64,000 bases of DNA from a bacterium. Its GTDB lineage: Bacteria; Patescibacteriota; Patescibacteriia; UBA9570. The stretch covers positions 44,726 through 108,725 of the forward strand of contig JAUYKW010000018.1 of the NCBI GenBank assembly GCA_030698395.1, given 5' to 3'. Below, piece by piece: positions 18,331-27,905 of this stretch. Within the stretch, counting starts at the first letter, position 1, and the number at the start of each line of letters is the position of its first letter. Under the pieces are notes generated by a model. The model was not told where the DNA came from. It saw only the letters and a list, made by a program, of their open reading frames with translations, and did not search any database. Made by a program: the position numbers and the translations under genes.

Positions 18331-19167
18331 TTAGGGCACGCGATTGAATAAAATAGCTGATATTGTAATCAGTACTACGGAGAATATTACCAGAATTCCT
18401 ATATCTATCAATACTGTTGGATATATATTGAATACAGAGAACGATAATTTATTAATGGCATCTATGGGAATGTCTTGATTTATCAGTACTATTCTGCGCA
18501 TGCCATCAACTGCATAACTAGCAGGATTTAGCTTTACTAGCGGATTCATCCAAGCTGGAACTTGTCCTAATGGAAAAAGTGCGCCGGATAAGAAGAACAT
18601 GGGCATGTTTACGAAGTTTACTACATATTGAAAAGCTTCTTGATTATCGAAGAATGAAACCATTACCATACCAATTGATGTGAGAGCGAATGCTACTAGC
18701 CAAATCATCGGAATTAGCAGGACAACCATCGTAAGAGTAAGGTGAACGCCAATAAAGGGAGCAAGGATTAGAATTAGCGTACCTTGAATTGCTGAAGTTG
18801 AGGCTGCACCTAATGCTCTGCCAATTACTATTGTAGAACGGGGGACTGGAGCTACTAAAATTTCTTTTAGAAAACCAAATTCTTTATCTTTAACGGTGCT
18901 CAGGGCAGAAAAAATTGCATTGAAAATTAAACTCATAGCGATAACTCCAGGGAAGATGAATTGTATATAATCAACGCCACTACCATTTGTCATGCTTTGG
19001 CTAGATCCACTTAATGACGATGCCATGCCACCACCAAAAATGAACAGCCATAGCATGGGCATAGTTAAACCTACTAACGCTCTAATTCTATTACGCCAAT
19101 AATGTAACAAATCTCTTTTCCAAAGAATTAGCGCTACGTTGGTATATTTTTTAACAGTATTCATCAT
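18331..19167 (-). CDS. ABC-2 type transporter permease
   Basis: It has six predicted TM helices and an ABC-2 family signature. It is co-directional with, and 6 bp downstream of, the ATPase gene. Confidence 0.75.
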   Translation of the reverse strand: MMNTVKKYTNVALILWKRDLLHYWRNRIRALVGLTMPMLWLFIFGGGMASSLSGSSQSMTNGSGVDYIQFIFPGVIAMSLIFNAIFSALSTVKDKEFGFLKEILVAPVPRSTIVIGRALGAASTSAIQGTLILILAPFIGVHLTLTMVVLLIPMIWLVAFALTSIGMVMVSFFDNQEAFQYVVNFVNMPMFFLSGALFPLGQVPAWMNPLVKLNPASYAVDGMRRIVLINQDIPIDAINKLSFSVFNIYPTVLIDIGILVIFSVVLITISAILFNRVP

Positions 19168-19172
19168 ATTTT

Positions 19173-19985
19173 TTAGTGTGCAGGACCAGTTGGTCTTTGA
19201 GATCGTTGGCGGTTTTCTCCACTTAACTCATCATCTCGGATACCATGGCCGGTTGCTTCTAGAAACACCTGATTCATTGTTGGTACATTATATTTATCTT
19301 TTAGTTTAGCAGGAGTATCAAGATCAATTATTTTCCCTGAATCAATAATGGCAATGCGATCGCAATTTTCAACTTCATCAAGATAGTGAGTTGTAAGAAA
19401 AATTGTCATTTTATGTTCCCGCCGAACTTTATTAATATACTGCCAGATGTGTTCACGTGTTTGCGGATCTAGACCTAGAGTTGGTTCATCAAGAAATAAC
19501 ACTTCCGGAAAATGCATTAAACCGCGAGCGATCTCCAAGCGACGTTTCATACCTCCAGAAAATTGTTCAACAACAGAATGCGCCCTATCATCTAATTCAA
19601 CCATTTTGAGTAAGTGCGTTATTTGTTCTTTTCTTTGTTCTTTCGACATGCCATATAAAGTTCCGTGAAAATTCAAGTTTTCATATGCAGTGAGTTTTAT
19701 ATCTAATGTAGTATCTTGAAAAATGATACCAACCTTTTTTCTTACTTCATCTCTTTCTTTTATAATGTCATGGCCAGCAACTTTAGCACTTCCACCTGTA
19801 GGATTTAGCAAAGTTGTTAGCATCGAAATAGTTACACTTTTTCCAGCTCCGTTTGGACCAAGAAAGCCAAATAGTTCTCCAGGATTTACAGAAAATGAGA
19901 TACCATCTACTGCTTTTAGTATTTTGGCATTTTTCCCTTTAATCTTAAAAGTACGAGATAAATTCTCAACTTGTATAGTAGACAC
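19173..19985 (-). CDS. ABC transporter ATP-binding protein (ABC-2 exporter type)
   Basis: Motifs: Walker A GPNGAGKS; signature LSGGMKRRLEIARGL; Walker B LFLDEPTLGLD; H-loop. Confidence 0.9.
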   Translation of the reverse strand: MSTIQVENLSRTFKIKGKNAKILKAVDGISFSVNPGELFGFLGPNGAGKSVTISMLTTLLNPTGGSAKVAGHDIIKERDEVRKKVGIIFQDTTLDIKLTAYENLNFHGTLYGMSKEQRKEQITHLLKMVELDDRAHSVVEQFSGGMKRRLEIARGLMHFPEVLFLDEPTLGLDPQTREHIWQYINKVRREHKMTIFLTTHYLDEVENCDRIAIIDSGKIIDLDTPAKLKDKYNVPTMNQVFLEATGHGIRDDELSGENRQRSQRPTGPAH

Positions 19986-19989
19986 GATA

Positions 19990-21537
19990 CTATTGTTTAT
20001 CAGTGATAATTAAATTTTTCCCAGTCATTTCTACTGGTGGTTCTTCTCCTAACAGATAAAGTATAGTTGATGCACAATCTTGGAGTGTTCCATTGTCGCG
20101 TAATTTTGAATGTCTATTTTCTTCGTCTACCAAAATGAATGGAACAAACGAATCTGTATGGAAGGTATGTGGGCAATCCCATTCTTCATCCCACATAAGT
20201 TCGGCATCACCATGATCTGCTGTAATGATAATGACACCATTATGTTTGCGAATTTCAGTATATATTTCTGCTAGTGCCATATCAATTGCTTGTACGCCAA
20301 GGATAGCTGCATCTTTGTTTCCAGTATGTCCTAACATATCAGCATTTGGGAAGTTCATAAAGTAAGTATCAAAAGCCTGTGCTTGTAAATGCTTCACTGC
20401 TTCCTTCGCAATGTTAGCTGCTTGCATTTCTGGCTTTAAATCGTAAGTAGCAACTTTGTCGGATGGAATTAATATTCGTTCTTCACCAGCAAATGGATTT
20501 TCTCGCATAACATTGAATATTTTTGTCATGTATACCCACTTTTCTGTTTCGGTTAATCTTAATTGACTGTATTTACGATCACTTAACACTTCTCCCAAAA
20601 TATTTTTTACTTCTAGTTCAGTTCTTTCTAAGGCAGTAGGTGTTTTCATGTCTGCATAATATTTACTCATGCCAACATAATGTATCTTTGGCCAGTTGCG
20701 TCGTTCAAAATGTTCAAAATCATCTTCAATGAGAGCTTTGGTTATCTCAATTTCTCTATCAACACGAAAATTAAAATTAATAACTACATCATTTTCTTGA
20801 ATTGTGCCAGCTGGATCAATTAGTGTTGGTTGGATGAACTCATCAGTTTCACCTCGGCTATATGCATCGCTAATACCCATGTGAATATTTTGAGCTTCTT
20901 GCAATCCTTCACCTAAGACCAGTAGTTTGTAGGCAGCTTCTATTCTTTCCCAACGATTATCACGATCCATTACCCACCAACGTCCTTGGAGGGAAGCGAT
21001 GGTACCTACACCGGCTGTAGCTATTTTATTTTCTAGCTTGTGAGCAAATTTTGAAACTGATTTTGGTGGTACATCTCTACCATCACTAATTACATGTACA
21101 AAGACATTTGCGATATCATATTCCTTCGCGATGTCTAATAATTCATGACAAGCTCTATCATACGTGTGCACGCCACCATCCGATAATAATCCCATTAGAT
21201 GTAAACGGCCATTACCTTGAGAGGCTTTGGTCATAGCTTCTACGATTGCTGTATTTTTACGCAGACCTCCGCTTTCAATTGCACTCAATAGTTGCATTTG
21301 AGGTAATAGTAAATTTCGTCCAGCACCCATAATGAGGTGTCCCATTTCAGTTGAGCCCGGATGTCCATTTGGTAATCCAATATGTGGACCAGCTGCACCA
21401 ATTGGTTTATTAGGATAGTTTGCGAGGAAGAAATCAATTTGCGGTGTATCTGCTAAAAAAATTGCATTATGTGCATCATCAGTACCAATGCCCCAGCCAT
21501 CTAGGACAATAAACATTATTGGTCGCTTTGCTTTCAT
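19990..21537 (-). CDS. gpmI: 2,3-bisphosphoglycerate-independent phosphoglycerate mutase
   Basis: The N-terminus IMFIVLDGWGIG is followed by iPGM metal-binding motifs (TADHGD). A 515-aa length is typical. Confidence 0.9.
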   Translation of the reverse strand: MKAKRPIMFIVLDGWGIGTDDAHNAIFLADTPQIDFFLANYPNKPIGAAGPHIGLPNGHPGSTEMGHLIMGAGRNLLLPQMQLLSAIESGGLRKNTAIVEAMTKASQGNGRLHLMGLLSDGGVHTYDRACHELLDIAKEYDIANVFVHVISDGRDVPPKSVSKFAHKLENKIATAGVGTIASLQGRWWVMDRDNRWERIEAAYKLLVLGEGLQEAQNIHMGISDAYSRGETDEFIQPTLIDPAGTIQENDVVINFNFRVDREIEITKALIEDDFEHFERRNWPKIHYVGMSKYYADMKTPTALERTELEVKNILGEVLSDRKYSQLRLTETEKWVYMTKIFNVMRENPFAGEERILIPSDKVATYDLKPEMQAANIAKEAVKHLQAQAFDTYFMNFPNADMLGHTGNKDAAILGVQAIDMALAEIYTEIRKHNGVIIITADHGDAELMWDEEWDCPHTFHTDSFVPFILVDEENRHSKLRDNGTLQDCASTILYLLGEEPPVEMTGKNLIITDKQ

Positions 21538-22910
21538 GAATCTTTTCTAATGATTGCTAAAATTTCATCTGTTTTAGCTCGCATGGTTTCTTCGTTGATA
21601 GATTCTAAATTTAGTCGTAATACAGATTCGGTGTTAGATGGTCTAACGTTGAACCAATAATCTTCATATTCAACCGTGATGCCATCTAGTTTAGATATAC
21701 TTTTGGCATCTGCTTCATAAATTTCTAAAAGTTTATTCATTATGCCCTCTTTATCTTTAACTGCAGAATTAATCTCTCCAGAATGAGCATATTTTCTGTA
21801 TGGTCGAACCTGATCTGCTACTGATTCTTCTTTACGGCTAAAGAATTTAAGAAGCATCATTGCTACAATAACAGGTGTTTCAAATACACCGAGTTCTGTA
21901 CGCATAAAAAAGTGTCCAGATGATTCGCCAGCAAATGCAGCCCCTTCTTTAATGGCTTGATCTTTAATAAAAGAATGACCAACCTTTGTAACAGATGGCT
22001 TTCCTCCGGCTGCTTCTATCATATCGCGAGTGATACGACCGGGTCGGATATCATAACAAATAGTAGAATTTGGTTCGCGTTCTAGCACTAGTTTTGCAAC
22101 CAATCCTCGAATGATAGCTGGTTCAATCATATTCCCTTCATTATCGATAAAGAATATTCTATCACCGTCTCCATCTGTTGCAATTCCTAAATCTGCACCT
22201 TCCTCAACTACACGTTTCATTAAGTCTTGATTATTTTCTTCTTTGAATGGATCTGCTTCATGCGCCGGCATATTACCATCGAGCTCAAAATTCATTTCAA
22301 TAAGTTCACATGGTAGGTGAGAGAACATGGCTCGAACATATGTACTTCCCATTGCATTTGCACAATCAGCAACAATCTTAAATGGGCGAATTCCTTCAGT
22401 ACCAACCCAATCAACTTCGAATTTTGTATGTTCTTCTACAATGCCACTTTGTTCTTCAACGTTGCCACCAGCAGTTGGTGCAGCGAAGTTATCAGCAATT
22501 ACTGTATCTCTGATCTCAGCAATACCATTTTCCATGCTTACAGGCTTTACTCCGGCACGCACAAATTTTAAACCATTAAATTCTTTTGGATTATGTGATG
22601 CAGTTACCATGATGCCACCATCGTAGGCATACTTTGCCACAGCATAATAAAAAGCTGGCGTAGATACGATGCCAACGTGCATAACGTGTAAGCCCTCATC
22701 AGTAAGCCCAGCTATTACTTGATCTTTAAGTGACGGTGATGACAAACGCATATCTTCACCTACTGCAACTGTAAGTAGTTTACCTGCGTTTTCTTTTTTT
22801 AAAAGCTGCGCATATGCTCGAGCAGTTTTATATGTAACTTCTTCGGTTAGTTCAGATCCGTAAATTCCACGAATGTCGTATGCTTTATAAATGTTACTTG
22901 CTACTTCCAT
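21534..22910 (-). CDS. Phosphoglucomutase / phosphomannomutase family protein (alpha-D-phosphohexomutase)
   Basis: Motifs: active-site serine loop TASHNPKEFNGLKF; metal-binding loop DGDGDR; sugar-binding GESSGH. Its start overlaps the gpmI start region by 4 bp. Confidence 0.85.
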   Translation of the reverse strand: MEVASNIYKAYDIRGIYGSELTEEVTYKTARAYAQLLKKENAGKLLTVAVGEDMRLSSPSLKDQVIAGLTDEGLHVMHVGIVSTPAFYYAVAKYAYDGGIMVTASHNPKEFNGLKFVRAGVKPVSMENGIAEIRDTVIADNFAAPTAGGNVEEQSGIVEEHTKFEVDWVGTEGIRPFKIVADCANAMGSTYVRAMFSHLPCELIEMNFELDGNMPAHEADPFKEENNQDLMKRVVEEGADLGIATDGDGDRIFFIDNEGNMIEPAIIRGLVAKLVLEREPNSTICYDIRPGRITRDMIEAAGGKPSVTKVGHSFIKDQAIKEGAAFAGESSGHFFMRTELGVFETPVIVAMMLLKFFSRKEESVADQVRPYRKYAHSGEINSAVKDKEGIMNKLLEIYEADAKSISKLDGITVEYEDYWFNVRPSNTESVLRLNLESINEETMRAKTDEILAIIRKDS

Positions 22911-24204
22911 ATTTTGATTTTAAAAATAAGACGATTGCTCCCGTAGCCCAAATAATGCCAAGTGCATTAACAAAAGTGCCAATAAAATTGTAAGGAAACG
23001 GAATGCTACCAAGAATTGTAGTTATTAAATAAAAAATAGTTATACCTACAACCATGGATAAATAAATATTTTTTTGCTTTGGTAATATTATTTTTCCAAT
23101 AGCTAATCCAACATAAATTTTTGCTAGAAATACTGTTGTTCCAAATATCAATACGCCAAGAATACTGAGGGGAATTCCAATTAAGGAAAAAAGCAACATA
23201 GCAATTATTAAAGGAACTATAACCACGTAACCAAAGCCCCAGGCAAAACAGATTCCAGCTTTAGATAGCATTAGTTTTTTTACGGCTAGTGATTTTTCTT
23301 TCAGTACTACTAAAACAACTACACCTAACATTATGTAACCGAGCAAGCTAATTATTTTCCTAAGAAAAAACCACACGGTAAAACGAGATTTTTGTTCTTT
23401 CGGTTCTACTAAGGGAGGTGAATATGATTCTGTACCATTTATATGTGCCGCCGGATCAATTGTTGCATGGTTTGCAGATGAATAAAGTACGTCCCCACTA
23501 ATTTTTGCAGTTTCATTTATTATTAGATTGTTTACACTTTGAAAATATACATCGTTACCAATAGTACCGTTGATAGTTGCATTACCTATACTGCCCGATA
23601 GCTTTCCATTAATAACTCCATTTAATGTTAAGTCTCCAGCTTGTATTATGGCATCACGACTAATAACTGCACCTTTTTTTAGGGTGACTTTTCCTGCAGC
23701 CACAGTAAGGCTTCTATTTATATCTTCATTGATAATTACATTGTTACCACCAACTCTAAGATCCCCATCTACTGGAGCATTGATAGTTACGTTGGCTCCA
23801 ACAGCCATTAAATCTCCATCAACTATTCCATTAATGGTTACATTGTTGCCGATTACAATTACGTCACTTTTAAAATGACCAGTAACATCGATTGTTTCGC
23901 TAGCTACAAAATAAACGTCTTCATATATCTTTAAAGTAGATATATTTGGTGTTTCATCTAAAAATGATGTAGTGTCAATATTTTTCTCTAGTTCTGGAAA
24001 TCCTGAATTAATAACTTCTTCCGAGGCAGGCTTGGCAAGTTGTGCAGCTAGTTGACCAGTAGCAGTTTCTTGGTCTGCGGAAAAATCATCTGTCAGTAGC
24101 GCTGCATCAGCTTTAGAGAACGAAAAAAACAGTACGCTTACAACGAGTACTGCTCCAAAGGTGAATAATAATGGGAGTGCTTCTCGAAACTCTTTCATTT
24201 TCAT
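22894..24204 (-). CDS. Membrane-anchored protein with a bactofilin-like (DUF583) beta-helical repeat domain and a C-terminal bundle of 4-5 TM helices
   Basis: It has an N-terminal signal or anchor. Repeated ...VTINGIVDGDLMAVGANVTINAPVDGDLRVGGNNVIINEDI...GKVTLKKGAVISRDAIIQAGDLTLNGVINGKLSGSIGNATINGTIGNDV... windings follow. The C-terminal third is hydrophobic. Start is at the Met at 24204 or 24258. Confidence 0.55.
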   Translation of the reverse strand: MKMKEFREALPLLFTFGAVLVVSVLFFSFSKADAALLTDDFSADQETATGQLAAQLAKPASEEVINSGFPELEKNIDTTSFLDETPNISTLKIYEDVYFVASETIDVTGHFKSDVIVIGNNVTINGIVDGDLMAVGANVTINAPVDGDLRVGGNNVIINEDINRSLTVAAGKVTLKKGAVISRDAIIQAGDLTLNGVINGKLSGSIGNATINGTIGNDVYFQSVNNLIINETAKISGDVLYSSANHATIDPAAHINGTESYSPPLVEPKEQKSRFTVWFFLRKIISLLGYIMLGVVVLVVLKEKSLAVKKLMLSKAGICFAWGFGYVVIVPLIIAMLLFSLIGIPLSILGVLIFGTTVFLAKIYVGLAIGKIILPKQKNIYLSMVVGITIFYLITTILGSIPFPYNFIGTFVNALGIIWATGAIVLFLKSKYGSSK

Positions 24205-24300
24205 AACCGGTATACTATACAGAATTTGTTCGATTTTGGCAAGCACTAATAAGGCCATTTTTAGGGCTAAAAAAGCACCAATTCTAGCAATAAAATATGG

Positions 24301-24996
24301 TTATTTTTTCGCGATAGTGATGATGTTTCTACCTAACTTTTGATCAGTTTTTTCGTTATTTGTAGAGTAGAAGTTGTCAGCATTTTTCCATGATGCATCA
24401 TCTAGCAGTTCATTTAGTTCAGGAATTGTGAAACCATGATAATAACGTTCTGCTAACACTTCTCCTTGTTCGTTTTTCCAAGGAACGATTGCATCACCAT
24501 TTTCGAATTCATTTGGAACATTCGTAAAGTAGTCAGGTAATGCTGGTTGATATAAATTCCAGTTCATCATAAATAAAGAACCTCCCGGTTTAGTAACTCG
24601 GGACATTTCCTGTAAAGCTTGAAGACGATATTTTTTCGATGGAATGTGCTGTAAGCTTGCAATCGCGATAGTGACATTGAACTCCTCATTGGCAAAAGGA
24701 AGTTCCAGCATGGATCCTTGAACTAGTTTAATATCAGGGTATAATTTCTTACCTTCCGTGATTAGTTTTTTTGAGACATCAAGGCCAGTATAGTAACCCT
24801 TGATTTTTTCTATAATTTCCGCTAGTCTGCCATTGCCACAACCAACGTCCAATACTTGATCTTCCGGTTTTACTAACTTATGAAGTAGTTGAAATTCCGG
24901 CCAATCATGTTGACGAGTTTGAGAAAAGTGTGGCGCAATTAAATTATAATCACTTTCAACTTTTTTTATCAATTTTTGAGCAAATGAATCAAGCAT
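24301..24996 (-). CDS. Class I SAM-dependent methyltransferase
   Basis: Motif I is VLDVGCGNGR and the motif post I is acidic. The length is 231 aa. Its substrate is not inferable. Confidence 0.75.
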   Translation of the reverse strand: MLDSFAQKLIKKVESDYNLIAPHFSQTRQHDWPEFQLLHKLVKPEDQVLDVGCGNGRLAEIIEKIKGYYTGLDVSKKLITEGKKLYPDIKLVQGSMLELPFANEEFNVTIAIASLQHIPSKKYRLQALQEMSRVTKPGGSLFMMNWNLYQPALPDYFTNVPNEFENGDAIVPWKNEQGEVLAERYYHGFTIPELNELLDDASWKNADNFYSTNNEKTDQKLGRNIITIAKK

Positions 24997-26534
24997 TACG
25001 GGACATTATTAATAAATCTATAAATCGTAGCGTAAGTGACGTTTTAAGTTTGCGGAGTGTAAAAGCAGAGGTGGCAAAAGAGTATGGCATCCATATGCCT
25101 ACTAATGCTAACATATTGTCCGAATACAAAACAATGATAGAGCAGGGCGATGCAGAGGAGGATATGATATTTATGCAGGTATTGCAAGTGAGAAGTATTC
25201 GTACTCTTTCTGGAATTGCTCCTATTACAGTACTTACTAAGCCTTATGCGTGCCCAGGTAAATGCATATATTGTCCATCTGAAGCGAATATGCCCAAGAG
25301 CTATATTGATACTGAGCCAGGTGCTATGCGGGCGTTGGCTTTAAAATTTGATCCTTATGAACAAGTTAGCAAACGTTTAACTGCCTTAGAAAGAAATGGC
25401 CATATTCCAGAAAAGTGTGAGTTGTTAGTTTTGGGTGGCACTTGGTCATCTTATCCGCATGATTATCAAGAGTGGTTCATGAAACGTTGTTATGATGCTT
25501 TTAATGAGGAGGAGTCTGAGACTTTGGCAGAAGCGAAAATTAAAAATGAAACTGCTAAATACCGAGTTATCGGATGTACATTAGAAACTCGCCCGGATTT
25601 TATTACAGAGGAAGAAGTAAAACGCTTACGATGGTTTGGCGCAACTCGAATGCAGATAGGAGTTCAATCTTTAAATAAACATGTATTAGAGCTGAATCGG
25701 AGAGAACAAACGAATGAACAAGTCCAAGTAGCTACGAAGCTTTTAAAAGAGGCAGGAATAAAAATTTCGTATCATATGATGCAAAATTTACCAGGCTCTA
25801 CTCCAGAAGGTGATTTACAGGATATTAAAACAATTTTTTCTGATCCTGGATATCAGCCTGATCATATAAAAGTGTATCCATGTGTAGTGGTTAAGTCTGC
25901 TCCGTTGTATCGACATTGGAAAGCTGGAAGATATAAATCTTATTCCCGAGAAGTGCTTACTGATTTGCTGATCAAGATTAAAAATGAAGTTCCATATTAT
26001 TGTAGGATTGAGCGTTTAGTACGAGATATTCCAGAAAATTCTATTGAAGGTGGAAATACCGTTACAAATCTACGACAAATGATGCAAGATAAGGGCGCAC
26101 AGTGTAATTGCATTCGTTGTCGAGAACCGCGCGCTGATACAACAGGAATAGAAGATGCAAAAATGTATGTTGATGAATACGAATCTGCTGACGGTGTTGA
26201 ATATTTTATTTCATTAGAAAATGATGATCGGACAAAGTTATTTGGCTTCGTGCGATTACGTTTACAAGATCGAGAACAACATTGGCTGGAAGAGTTGCAA
26301 GATTGTGCAATTATTCGAGAGTTGCACGTGTATGGTCAGTTGGTTCCAGTGGCAGCAAAAGGTAAGGCAGTTCAACACAAGGGCTTCGGTCGTAAGTTGA
26401 TGGTTGCCGCAGAAAAGATTGCTCAAGAACAAGGTGCTAAAAAAATAGCAGTAATTGCCGGAGTTGGAGTGAGAAAGTATTATGAAAAATTGGGTTATCA
26501 GTTAGATCAGGAATACATGATAAAATCACTTTAG
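24984..26534 (+). CDS. Elp3-family radical-SAM / GNAT protein (bacterial homologue of the elongator catalytic subunit; putative tRNA wobble-uridine modifying enzyme)
   Basis: The N-terminal region has KAEVAKEYGIHMPTNANILSEY. A radical-SAM cysteine cluster is present (CPGKCIYCPS). The C-terminal GNAT has QHKGFGRKLMVAAEKIA, matching the Elp3 QHxGxG acetyl-CoA motif. The start is uncertain between 24930, 24984 and 25095. The earlier starts overlap the divergent methyltransferase 5' end. Confidence 0.75.
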   Translation: MNQALRDIINKSINRSVSDVLSLRSVKAEVAKEYGIHMPTNANILSEYKTMIEQGDAEEDMIFMQVLQVRSIRTLSGIAPITVLTKPYACPGKCIYCPSEANMPKSYIDTEPGAMRALALKFDPYEQVSKRLTALERNGHIPEKCELLVLGGTWSSYPHDYQEWFMKRCYDAFNEEESETLAEAKIKNETAKYRVIGCTLETRPDFITEEEVKRLRWFGATRMQIGVQSLNKHVLELNRREQTNEQVQVATKLLKEAGIKISYHMMQNLPGSTPEGDLQDIKTIFSDPGYQPDHIKVYPCVVVKSAPLYRHWKAGRYKSYSREVLTDLLIKIKNEVPYYCRIERLVRDIPENSIEGGNTVTNLRQMMQDKGAQCNCIRCREPRADTTGIEDAKMYVDEYESADGVEYFISLENDDRTKLFGFVRLRLQDREQHWLEELQDCAIIRELHVYGQLVPVAAKGKAVQHKGFGRKLMVAAEKIAQEQGAKKIAVIAGVGVRKYYEKLGYQLDQEYMIKSL

Positions 26535-26615
26535 ACCAAAAATTCATTAATTTGAGGACTATTATAGTATTTGGTAGGGGTGGAATTGCATAGCTAGTAA
26601 TAAGATATTTATCTG

Positions 26616-26624
26616 TGCTACAAT
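26616..26624 (+). promoter_or_regulatory. Extended -10 promoter element upstream of glyA
   Basis: TGCTACAAT (TGn-extended -10) sits 33 nt upstream of the glyA ATG. Confidence 0.4.
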
Positions 26625-26657
26625 AGGGATGAATTAATCATTTATTCATAAATTTTC

Positions 26658-27899
26658 ATGTTAGAACACCTCAAAAAACAGGATCCAGACTTAGCTGGAT
26701 ATATCGAAGGGGAGCTAGAGCGACAGCGAACTAATTTAGAGTTGATTCCTTCGGAAAATTTTGTATCTCCAGCAGTATTAGAAGCTTTAGGTAGTATTTG
26801 TACGAATAAATATTCGGAAGGTTATCCAGGAAAGCGTTATTATGGTGGTCAGGAATGGATCGATAAAATTGAACAGTTAGCAATTGATAGAGCAAAGGAC
26901 ATATTTCAAGCCGAACATGTGAACGTTCAGCCGTTATCTGGTGCACCAGCAAATTTGGCTGTATATACAGCGCTATTAGAACAAGGAGATACGGTATTAG
27001 GAATGGATCTTTCACATGGTGGTCATCTTACTCATGGTCATCCGGTTACATTCATGGCTAAGGTGTACAATTTTGTTCGTTATAAGACAGGTGCTGATGG
27101 CTTGATTGATTTTGATAATTTACGGGAGATGGCTTTAGAGCATAAACCAAAAATGATTCTAGCTGGTTTCTCTGCTTATTCTCGAGATTTAGATTATGCT
27201 AAGTTCAAGGAAATTGCTGATGAAGTAGGAGCTCTTACGATGGCTGATATTGCTCATATTTCTGGATTGATCGCTGCTGGAGAATTAAATAATCCAGTGC
27301 CACATTTTGATGTTGTATCTACCACCACTCATAAGACTTTGCGTGGTCCTCGGGGTGGCATGATTATGTGCAAAGCAAAACATGCCAAAGCGATTAATAA
27401 AGCAGTATTCCCAGGATTGCAGGGTGGCCCACATGAAAATCAGATTGCAGCTTTAGCAGTTGCTTTAGGTGAAGCTCAACAGCCAGAGTTTAAAGATTAT
27501 GCTGCTCAAATTCGGAAGAATGCAAAAGTATTGTGTAATAAATTGCAAGAAGCTGGATTGAAAATAATGTTTGGAACTACTGATAATCATCTTATTTTGG
27601 CAGATGTTACACCGCTTGGAATTACAGGTAAGATCGCGCAGACAGTTTTAGATGAAGCTCGCATGACACTTAATATGAATATGATTCCGGATGATCCACG
27701 ATCACCAATGGATCCATCTGGTATTAGGTTAGGTACACCCCCTGTCACAACCCGCGGAATGAAAGAACCGGAGATGGAGCAAATTGCTGAGATGATGATC
27801 CGTGTTTTAACTAATCATGAAGACGAGTCTGTAAAAGAGGAAGTTCGGCAGGAAGTGAAAGCTTTAACCGATAGATTTCCACTTTATCCAGGCATGTAA
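26658..27899 (+). CDS. glyA: Serine hydroxymethyltransferase
   Basis: Motifs: LELIPSENFVSPAVLEALGS; PLP-lysine region TTTHKTLRGPRGG. Length 413 aa. Confidence 0.95.
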   Translation: MLEHLKKQDPDLAGYIEGELERQRTNLELIPSENFVSPAVLEALGSICTNKYSEGYPGKRYYGGQEWIDKIEQLAIDRAKDIFQAEHVNVQPLSGAPANLAVYTALLEQGDTVLGMDLSHGGHLTHGHPVTFMAKVYNFVRYKTGADGLIDFDNLREMALEHKPKMILAGFSAYSRDLDYAKFKEIADEVGALTMADIAHISGLIAAGELNNPVPHFDVVSTTTHKTLRGPRGGMIMCKAKHAKAINKAVFPGLQGGPHENQIAALAVALGEAQQPEFKDYAAQIRKNAKVLCNKLQEAGLKIMFGTTDNHLILADVTPLGITGKIAQTVLDEARMTLNMNMIPDDPRSPMDPSGIRLGTPPVTTRGMKEPEMEQIAEMMIRVLTNHEDESVKEEVRQEVKALTDRFPLYPGM

Positions 27900-27905
27900 A
27901 ATATA

